Sequence record: NC_071007.1
Reading direction: 5' to 3' (one strand)
DNA length: 64,000 nt
Below the pieces are notes generated by a model. The model saw only the letters and a program-made list of their open reading frames with translations, had not been told where the DNA came from and did no database searches. How positions within the stretch are numbered: position 1 is the first letter of the stretch; each line of letters begins with the position of its first letter. The translations under genes were made by a program, and so were the position numbers. This document shows, piece by piece, positions 56,813 through 64,000 of this stretch.

Positions 56813-57568
56813 TTAAGTTACAGGAATAGTTGATCTTGCTAGTAATGCAACTTGTCCTGCGTCTTTAATATTATCAATGAAGTTGTGAATAGGTTTAAAG
56901 AACCGTTTAACTTGATATTCCATGATTGCTTTTTCATAAACTGCTAGCTCATTTTTAGCAAGCGCGTCCATATACAATCTAAACTCTCTAGCGGTTCTAA
57001 TCTGCCCATTAGGTTTGTAATAGTAACGTTTATTACCTTTATGAATTTGAACAATTTGATTAATTGGCTTGTGCGAATAAGAATTAATCAATTTTGCTGC
57101 ACCATTCTCACCAAGGAAATGTGAAATATAAACATCGCCTAAACGTACAGTGTCCAATGTTAAGTGGGTATTTTCAATTAACCATTCTTTTGTTTGGCTA
57201 AGATCTTTGCTTCCAATGAGCAAATTTGCGCGAAGATTGATAGGTTGCGCATTGGAATCAATACCAAGTTCTTGAGCATACTTACCACGTTTGTATTTCC
57301 ACGTGCGTTTAGTGTATTGCAACACACCAGTTGCAGTACTATTAGGGTTTTTAACCTTACCCTGAAGTTTTGATTCAAGTGAAGCAATGGCAGTCAACTC
57401 GGCCATGTTAATTCCAGTTTTGCTGGAAGCTTCAAATAGGTGATCTGCTACATTGCTAAACCGTTCCAACATAACTTGTTTAGCATGGTCGTTATACTGG
57501 GAAATACCACTACCGGCGTAGGTGAATGTACTCATTACAAGCGCAATGAGAATCAGAAACGTCTTCAT
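56813..57568 (-). CDS. Lytic transglycosylase (SLT family) with signal peptide
   Basis: MKTFLILIALVMSTFTYA signal; IASLES (catalytic Glu), ATGVLQY, YISHFLG. Confidence 0.85.
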   Translation of the reverse strand: MKTFLILIALVMSTFTYAGSGISQYNDHAKQVMLERFSNVADHLFEASSKTGINMAELTAIASLESKLQGKVKNPNSTATGVLQYTKRTWKYKRGKYAQELGIDSNAQPINLRANLLIGSKDLSQTKEWLIENTHLTLDTVRLGDVYISHFLGENGAAKLINSYSHKPINQIVQIHKGNKRYYYKPNGQIRTAREFRLYMDALAKNELAVYEKAIMEYQVKRFFKPIHNFIDNIKDAGQVALLARSTIPVT

Positions 57569-57627
57569 GTTTATTTTCTCCTAAGAGTGAAGTATAGTAA
57601 GAATTACTCTTCTCATTCTTACTTTAA

Positions 57628-57644
57628 GATAATATCGGTTTGAC
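57628..57644 (-). promoter_or_regulatory. Early-type promoter motif
   Basis: Minus strand GTCAAACCGATATTATC. Confidence 0.55.
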
Positions 57645-57681
57645 TTATTTTAGAAGCCCTAAAAGATATAATTAAACAAAC

Positions 57682-57715
57682 CTCGTTCTACCGCTCTAGG
57701 AGCGTGTAGAACGAG
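57682..57715 (-). terminator. Bulged hairpin terminator after sbcC
   Basis: CTCGTTCTAC-CGCTC-TAG-GAGCG-T-GTAGAACGAG. Confidence 0.75.
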
Positions 57716-57790
57716 AACCTTACATAGTATCGATCAATCTATGACCAAATACTCGGACACTTCCAGAATCCTTTCTAAGAGTGTTAAACG

Positions 57791-60265
57791 TCATCTTATT
57801 CTAGATGACTTGTTTACAGCGAGACCAATATTCAAACCTTCTGTATTAAGTGCAATAATGTTAGCATTTTGGAATAATCCAAATTGTTTCACATAATGAC
57901 TAATCATGAAGATTTGTGGAAGTTTATCCAATCTAAGTTGTTCTTCCAGCCACATTCCAAATCTACCTCTGTGAAGTTCGTCAAATGCAACGCCGACTTC
58001 ATCCATCAGTAACGGTAATCCGGAATGTTTTCCAAGGTAACGTAACAATGTAACTCTAAAAGCGAAGTTAATGATCTCACGTTCACCACCTGAACAATAT
58101 GCGATATCATCGTTAACTTCATTTTCATCTCCAGTCACTACTGGAAATTGGTAATCCAGGTCAACACTATCATCATCACCTTTAGTCGGTTGGCAATTTA
58201 GAACATGAAGCCGCGTGCTCCAGATTGGATTAATAATGGCATTAACATTAGAGACAACAGCTTTTAGAAAATCATTCATTAAATGACCAATAAACCCTTT
58301 TACTGGAGAAAGTCCATCCATTAATACTAATAAATGTTTTTCTTTCTTTTCCAAGTCTTGAATGTTTTCTTTTATTGATTGTATTACTGAGGACAAAGAT
58401 TGCGCACGAATCAATCCGGAAATAGCCTGATCTTTTCGAGGTGATATATCATTTATTACTTCTTCAATTTTTGCTTTCAGTGTGTATTTACCGTTGTTCT
58501 CAACATGTTCTTTTATTTCATTAATTAAAATACTTAATTGGTCTCTTAAAAAATTGTCGTGATTGATTAATTCAATGGATTGTTCAATCTCCTTTATTTC
58601 ATCTTTAATTCGGTATATCTGACGTTGCGTAATTGCCAATTCACGCTCAGTATCTTCGGCACGTTGAAACAAAGCAGACATATCAGAATTTTTTAAGAAT
58701 TTAATTTGTGCGGTTAATTGGGCTTGTTCATTTTCCAACTGATTAAGTTGATTGTTTAATGACTTAATCATTAAACTTTTTCGAATTGATTCAATTAACA
58801 ATCCACAGTCATTTTTACCAACCTTAAATTGTTTAATTACATTAATCAATTCTAATGAATCATGTTGTCTCTTCAAATACCGCATTAAACTGTCCATAGA
58901 GTAGAACCAGCCTTCATTAGACTCTATGTACTCACTTATCTCTTTAATCTCTTTAGAGAGTGTTTCAGAATGGTTGCTGAACTCTATTAGTTTCCCTTTC
59001 ATTTCAGACAGGTTAAACTTTTCGAATCCTAACTTAAAGTTAGTTTTACATTCAGGACAGTTAATATTTTCGGCATTATTAAAATGTTTTAACTGGTGGT
59101 TAATAGACTCGATGTCTCTTTGCAAATTTTCATAACGGTTTTGTTTCTCAATCAACTTTTCTTTACATTGATTAAATGTAACAGAGGTAATATCGGGATC
59201 AGGTGCTCTGACAATCTGTTGCAGTTGATTAATAAATTCTTCACCGTATTTTTCAAACAAAGGACAAAGTGAATCATCAATTTCTTTGTATCTAAGAAAA
59301 TCAATGCATTGGTCGCGTTCCTTTTGATACAAGTCAATTAAATCACAAACTTGTTTTAATCTTAACTCATACCCTTCTAGATTTTCTGTTCCATTTTCAA
59401 ATCCTTGAAGTTGGGTTGTTATTTCTGTTAATATTGCTCCCAATTTAGTATTAAAAGTAATCGTCTTTTCTAATCTAATTAAACGTTGATCTCTTTGCTG
59501 AATGTATTGTGATTTCGTAAATTTAATTCTTCCACAATTACTGAGAAGTTGACTGATAATATTATTAATCGAATTTCTAATTTCAGTAATATCAACATGT
59601 TCGTATTGAGATAACGTTCCATGGAGAACCAATGCATTTTTTAATTGGTCATCCATTATTGCAATTTCTTTAGTTAGCTGTTCAACGTCCATTGATGCCA
59701 GTTGATTCATTCTATTCTCTTCAACAGCTAAACGCTGATGCTGAGTTTTTAATCCACCTTTAATTGTATTATAATTTGTTTTTAATTTGTTAAAAACTTT
59801 TACACCATATGAGGTGTCATTTGGATTAACAGCCATTAAGAATTCTTTTCTTCTAAGAGAAGACATTGTTGTAAACAAATCTCTTAGATCAAGGCCAGTT
59901 AAAATACCTTTAATGTTAGGTGTAATGCCAAAATGAATCTTAACCAATTCTTTTTGTACAGAGAGTGTATTACCTTCATTTAAATTTTTACCATTAAAGA
60001 TAAACTCATGTTTTGAGTTCTTACCAGTCTCTGAAATTAATACGTATGTTCCGCGGTCATCTCTATAACGCCACTCTTTATAACCGCCTTTAGCATAATG
60101 TGCGTTATCAGGTGGCATCGGAGACATTTCTCTTAAAAGGGATGTTTTACCATATCCATTCCTTCCAAGAATGATGTTTAGCATATCTCGTGTATCTAAT
60201 TCAACTATACTAACTCCTTTTAATAAAAGAGGTGTATAGTTTTTCAAAATTAAACCAATGATCAT
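57791..60265 (-). CDS. sbcC: SbcC/Rad50-like SMC ATPase
   Basis: GRNGYGKT, coiled coils with CPEC zinc hook, CSGGE signature, LLMDE, ISH. Confidence 0.92.
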   Translation of the reverse strand: MIIGLILKNYTPLLLKGVSIVELDTRDMLNIILGRNGYGKTSLLREMSPMPPDNAHYAKGGYKEWRYRDDRGTYVLISETGKNSKHEFIFNGKNLNEGNTLSVQKELVKIHFGITPNIKGILTGLDLRDLFTTMSSLRRKEFLMAVNPNDTSYGVKVFNKLKTNYNTIKGGLKTQHQRLAVEENRMNQLASMDVEQLTKEIAIMDDQLKNALVLHGTLSQYEHVDITEIRNSINNIISQLLSNCGRIKFTKSQYIQQRDQRLIRLEKTITFNTKLGAILTEITTQLQGFENGTENLEGYELRLKQVCDLIDLYQKERDQCIDFLRYKEIDDSLCPLFEKYGEEFINQLQQIVRAPDPDITSVTFNQCKEKLIEKQNRYENLQRDIESINHQLKHFNNAENINCPECKTNFKLGFEKFNLSEMKGKLIEFSNHSETLSKEIKEISEYIESNEGWFYSMDSLMRYLKRQHDSLELINVIKQFKVGKNDCGLLIESIRKSLMIKSLNNQLNQLENEQAQLTAQIKFLKNSDMSALFQRAEDTERELAITQRQIYRIKDEIKEIEQSIELINHDNFLRDQLSILINEIKEHVENNGKYTLKAKIEEVINDISPRKDQAISGLIRAQSLSSVIQSIKENIQDLEKKEKHLLVLMDGLSPVKGFIGHLMNDFLKAVVSNVNAIINPIWSTRLHVLNCQPTKGDDDSVDLDYQFPVVTGDENEVNDDIAYCSGGEREIINFAFRVTLLRYLGKHSGLPLLMDEVGVAFDELHRGRFGMWLEEQLRLDKLPQIFMISHYVKQFGLFQNANIIALNTEGLNIGLAVNKSSRIR

Positions 60266-60288
60266 AAAGACCTCAACGGGATTTTTAT

Positions 60289-61230
60289 ATGAATGTACTT
60301 GAGTGCTACGGTGTTGGAACCGTAATGCAGGATAAAGATAATGACAGTGACGAAGTCTTTGTCCATTGCCCTGGAATTTTTAGTGGTGCGGATGGTGAAG
60401 CACTTGCCACCGTAGAAGAAAAGAAAACTGACATCAAAACACCCACAGGAGATTCAACTTCTAGTTTTGGTTTAAGTAGCAACGGAATTCCCTGTAAATG
60501 GATGGCTTTTAATACTAACCGTGTCACTCCCCCAAACGTTAGAAAAGGGAGTAAGGTAGTTGTTTATAAGTTTTCAGGTTCAAATCAATACCGTTGGATG
60601 TATTTTGGATTAGATGGAACAATGCGTTTGGAAACGGTTGTTTATGCTTGGTCAGCTTCTCCAAAGGTTAATGAGAACTCTCCTTTAACTCCTGAAAACT
60701 ATTATATCTTAATGATTTCAACGCATACTGGTAAGATCCAATTACTGACCGGTCAAGGTAATGGAGAGAAAGCTGCCTATGCATTTACAATTGACACGGC
60801 TAACGCTATTTTTTCTTTAACAGACAGTGAAGAAAATTTAATGGCTTTAAATTCCGTAGAACACACTTGGAGTTTTAGCAATCAAGAAAAAAGTGTTATT
60901 GCGATTGATAAAAAGAAAATATTAATTAGTTGTGAAGAACAGCTTGCAGTTAAAGGAAAAGAAAACATTACGATTCAAACTAAGACATTGGATGTTAATG
61001 TTGGACAAACTTTTAACTTGAATGTGGGTGAAGTAACAACTATGAGATCTCCTACATTTAATTTCACTGGCGATATGAATCATACAGGAAATACAAAACA
61101 AACCGGTGAATTTAAAGCAACAGGCGTGATTGAATCCGATACTGATTGTATATCGGCCGGTAAGTCTGGTAAAAGTCATAAACACACTGGCGTTGAAAGA
61201 GGTAATGGAGAAACTGATCCAGTATCTTAA
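60289..61230 (+). CDS. Baseplate central spike (gpV/gp138-like; phiKZ gp164-like position next to SbcC)
   Basis: OB-like N-terminus, short beta-repeat C-terminus, SHKHTG HxH apex metal motif. Confidence 0.75.
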   Translation: MNVLECYGVGTVMQDKDNDSDEVFVHCPGIFSGADGEALATVEEKKTDIKTPTGDSTSSFGLSSNGIPCKWMAFNTNRVTPPNVRKGSKVVVYKFSGSNQYRWMYFGLDGTMRLETVVYAWSASPKVNENSPLTPENYYILMISTHTGKIQLLTGQGNGEKAAYAFTIDTANAIFSLTDSEENLMALNSVEHTWSFSNQEKSVIAIDKKKILISCEEQLAVKGKENITIQTKTLDVNVGQTFNLNVGEVTTMRSPTFNFTGDMNHTGNTKQTGEFKATGVIESDTDCISAGKSGKSHKHTGVERGNGETDPVS

Positions 61231-61244
61231 TAAAATAAAGAAAG

Positions 61245-61277
61245 AACCTCTAGTCCTCCAAAGGAGGACTAGAGGTT
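61245..61277. terminator. Bidirectional hairpin
   Basis: 15-bp stem AACCTCTAGTCCTCC/GGAGGACTAGAGGTT. Confidence 0.85.
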
Positions 61278-61280
61278 TAA

Positions 61281-63998
61281 TCAACGTGTGTAAGTCGGGA
61301 ACGTTGGTTTTGGAAGTGTCCAAGCAGTTGTTCCATTATCCCAATTAAAGAATGTTGCGACTCGATTCATGTACCAATTAGAAAGATCTTGGTTAAAATT
61401 ACTTGCACCAAAGAAACATTCATTCATGGTATAGACATGTCCGACATCCCAAAACTCTAATCCAGGGTAAGAAGTGGCAACTGAGTTCTTAAATACCCCA
61501 TTGAAGTTTGCAATATTTTTAGAAAGGGTAGCTGTAATTTTAAACCCTTCTGAATTACTGAAATCTAATTCAGTCACTCGTGAGCCGATGGTTAAAAGTT
61601 CAGTTAAACCCAGACCCCATTTTAATACTGAAACTCCAAAAATATCAATAGTAACAATTCCAGTATAACTACCTGGAATAGTAAAACTATTTAATCCAGA
61701 TAACTGATATACTGTTCCATTAACTAATAGGTATGGAGATCCACCCACGCGATTAATAATGGGTATCACACGACCTTTTGACGTATCCCAAAGTAATCGA
61801 GTTGCAACGGTTTGTTTAAAGAATCGGTTTATAGGAAGGCCGCTACCAGGTTTTCCTAAGAAAACGGGGAAAGAACTACCGTCACTACTGACATTCATTC
61901 GTTTCCTAGCGATCACAGGTAACAAAGAGTTTCGCCACCCAGACTGATCTTGGTAACTGAATTCTGTTCCGTTAATAAATCCAGCAGGAACAGAACCAAG
62001 TTGTGGTTCTATTTCATAACCAGTTGGATTATTATACCGACCATATGCGTACAATTCATTACCGATTTGTGTTACAAATAGTTCATCGTATCCGAAGAAC
62101 TCCTCAACTCTAGCCTTAACCGGTTTCTTGACCAATGTATTTTTACCATTGACCATAATTACACCACCGACAGGATAAAGAGTAAATCCTTCTGTAGTGC
62201 CCATTACACCACCTGTCAAGGTTAAGAAACCATGTTCTCTGGTAAATACACCGTAATTATTAGGTGTCTTTCTAAACGCCCACATTCCTTTAGATAACAT
62301 TACAGGACTTTGATAATTGATATGTAATCTGTGCGGAAGTTTGGTTCCATAACAAATTTCTTTATCATAATCTATCTGGTATCCATGTTCAGGATCATAA
62401 GGAAAAATGGGATCTACTGAATCTAACTTTGGACCAAAGGTAAAACTTCCTGTCAAGGGATTATGGACAATTTGCAGTTCAATATAGAAGTTATTAAAAG
62501 GTGCCACATTAAGCATGACATCATATTTAACTTGGTTCAACGCATCTGACATCTTCATGATATAAACATCTTGGGATTTAAAACTATCGTATCCAAGAAT
62601 TGCACCATGGTTAATCTGAAGAGTTGACTTTTTGTTAACATTCATTGTGTTAACAACAATACTACTAGCAATTGATCCCTGCGGTTTAATCGTTTTGCGG
62701 CCAGTTCCGTCAGTATGAACATAACAGTTTTTGATGATCCCGTAATAACAATCTTTTTCATTTGTAGGGTAATCGCCATGACCAACACACTGGTTCATCC
62801 AAAATAAAGTTGATTTAAAGAAAAAGAATGTTTTATGCTGTTTAAACCATCCGCCGGCATTTTTACTAATCCAATTTAAAATATCTTCATGGATAGAAAC
62901 TGGATTGTTAAACGTAATGGGGGTTTCAAGATTATTGGGATCAACTTCATAATTCAGATAGTTAGTGTACCCATTCCCATCATTGAATACCATATTGTTA
63001 ATATTCATAGTGCTAGAAAGATCATCATTTTCAATTAAGAAAGATGGAATATCCTCCATTGAACCGGTTATCCAATTTACGCTATCTGTTTTGGGACCTA
63101 AATAACTACCATAAGGGTTTCCTTGTAAATAACTAGTTCCTGCATCAACAGTTACTAACCCCCACTTATAACGATTACGATAATCGCGACTATAAGTCAA
63201 ATATGTAATCTTTAATTTAGTAGCGACACCAGGATCTGGAACAGGGACAGGATCATCAGTTAAACCATCATACCTTGGCCAACGGTTATTCATTGCAATA
63301 TCAAGAATGGCACGTTCTTGTTCTGTTGCAGTTCCCAATGCAATTTTTACCGGTATGTGCCTTAAATGGTCACCATACATTCCATCATGTTCGATGTTGG
63401 ATTGCGCGACGTAACTGTATTTTGTTGGTTTTGGAAAATAATTATTACCATTATCAATAAAGCTAGTTACTGACGAAATAGAATGGTCGTAACTCCCTAT
63501 GTACTGACGATTATAAAAAGTAAATGTTTTTAAATGTCCGCCAGCAGGATCAAACACACCATCTTGACAAAGAGGGTGTTCAGGCTGTTCTTTGACATGA
63601 GGGGTATAAGCTTTAAACAAGCCAGTGTCGGTTAAATCCCAATTACTATCCAGGGTTTGTTTTGCTTGTTCAAAAACTTGATCAGTAACAATATTTACTG
63701 ACATTTGTTTAGTAGCGTCATTAAAGACAAAATCTAAACGGAAATCAAGATAACCATGCCAGTATTTTGTTTTATCTTTATTAAACCAACCAAAGTAAAT
63801 CCGCATCAGACCTTTATGTCTAATACGCATCTCCCACCCAAACGTTAATTTATTTAATCGCTTAATATCTAATGAATTAAAAAATTCCTCATTTTCTTCA
63901 TCTTGGATATTAAAAAGATTTTTAAATGGAATGACTAAATTTACTTCACCTGTACCGTTAGTATCAACAGCCAGAATTTTAGAATTAACCGGGACTGT
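61281..63998 (-). CDS. Large putative tail/fibre protein with C-terminal DUF285/BspA-type repeat, 5' end outside window
   Basis: Frame stays open from the window edge (TVPVNSKILAVD...GWEMRIR); C-terminus WDVGHVYTMNECFFGASNFNQDLSNW...WTLPKP. Confidence 0.65.
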   Translation of the reverse strand, partial: TVPVNSKILAVDTNGTGEVNLVIPFKNLFNIQDEENEEFFNSLDIKRLNKLTFGWEMRIRHKGLMRIYFGWFNKDKTKYWHGYLDFRLDFVFNDATKQMSVNIVTDQVFEQAKQTLDSNWDLTDTGLFKAYTPHVKEQPEHPLCQDGVFDPAGGHLKTFTFYNRQYIGSYDHSISSVTSFIDNGNNYFPKPTKYSYVAQSNIEHDGMYGDHLRHIPVKIALGTATEQERAILDIAMNNRWPRYDGLTDDPVPVPDPGVATKLKITYLTYSRDYRNRYKWGLVTVDAGTSYLQGNPYGSYLGPKTDSVNWITGSMEDIPSFLIENDDLSSTMNINNMVFNDGNGYTNYLNYEVDPNNLETPITFNNPVSIHEDILNWISKNAGGWFKQHKTFFFFKSTLFWMNQCVGHGDYPTNEKDCYYGIIKNCYVHTDGTGRKTIKPQGSIASSIVVNTMNVNKKSTLQINHGAILGYDSFKSQDVYIMKMSDALNQVKYDVMLNVAPFNNFYIELQIVHNPLTGSFTFGPKLDSVDPIFPYDPEHGYQIDYDKEICYGTKLPHRLHINYQSPVMLSKGMWAFRKTPNNYGVFTREHGFLTLTGGVMGTTEGFTLYPVGGVIMVNGKNTLVKKPVKARVEEFFGYDELFVTQIGNELYAYGRYNNPTGYEIEPQLGSVPAGFINGTEFSYQDQSGWRNSLLPVIARKRMNVSSDGSSFPVFLGKPGSGLPINRFFKQTVATRLLWDTSKGRVIPIINRVGGSPYLLVNGTVYQLSGLNSFTIPGSYTGIVTIDIFGVSVLKWGLGLTELLTIGSRVTELDFSNSEGFKITATLSKNIANFNGVFKNSVATSYPGLEFWDVGHVYTMNECFFGASNFNQDLSNWYMNRVATFFNWDNGTTAWTLPKPTFPTYTR

Positions 63999-64000
63999 TA

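Noticed and set aside
60266-60292. TATG late-promoter calls at divergent gene starts
   Set aside because: A 4-nt motif is too common in AT-rich DNA to call without TSS mapping
2406-61277. Hairpins as a CRISPR array or MITE family
   Set aside because: Stem sequences differ from each other, are not regularly spaced, and sit at gene 3' ends as terminators do
1-64000. Stop-codon reassignment (TAG readthrough)
   Set aside because: Genes are long and intact under code 11 and TAG terminates real genes (e.g. 47402, 56232); only one in-frame TAG case was seen
1-64000. Plus-strand ORFs overlapping minus-strand genes (e.g. 8457-8969, 24811-25344, 46654-47082, 50590-51009) and the reverse
   Set aside because: Antisense shadows with no SD or motifs, opposite genes that have recognisable coding features

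Overview
AT-rich segment of a lytic phiKZ-related jumbo myophage (Chimalliviridae-like; this placement is inferred from gene content), probably infecting an enteric or other gammaproteobacterial host, since its NrdB closely follows the E. coli-type class Ia beta subunit. The minus strand carries dense operons of small accessory genes behind a recurrent ATATTA(T/C) early-promoter motif. These include dTTP-supply enzymes (Tdk, FolA, ThyA, a HAD nucleotidase), a GroEL-like chaperonin directly downstream of a ClpP-like gene, an Ntn-hydrolase-like protein, two tandem minimal kinases, a GNAT, RNase HI, NAD-dependent ligase, a signal-peptide lytic transglycosylase and SbcC. Plus-strand islands encode an SF2 helicase, NrdB, virion proteins and a baseplate spike. 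More than 20 long-stem hairpins separate the transcription units. The strongest candidate systems are: (1) a four-gene tailspike array sharing one N-terminal anchor but carrying four different receptor-binding or enzymatic bodies; (2) an early-expressed pair of truncated kinases ending at the DxG motif; (3) a phage proteostasis set (ClpP-like, GroEL-like, HslV-like); (4) apparently dead enzyme folds (RNase H-like, CYTH). All family assignments come from motif recognition by eye, not database searches. No tRNA, rRNA, CRISPR array, intron or integrase was seen.
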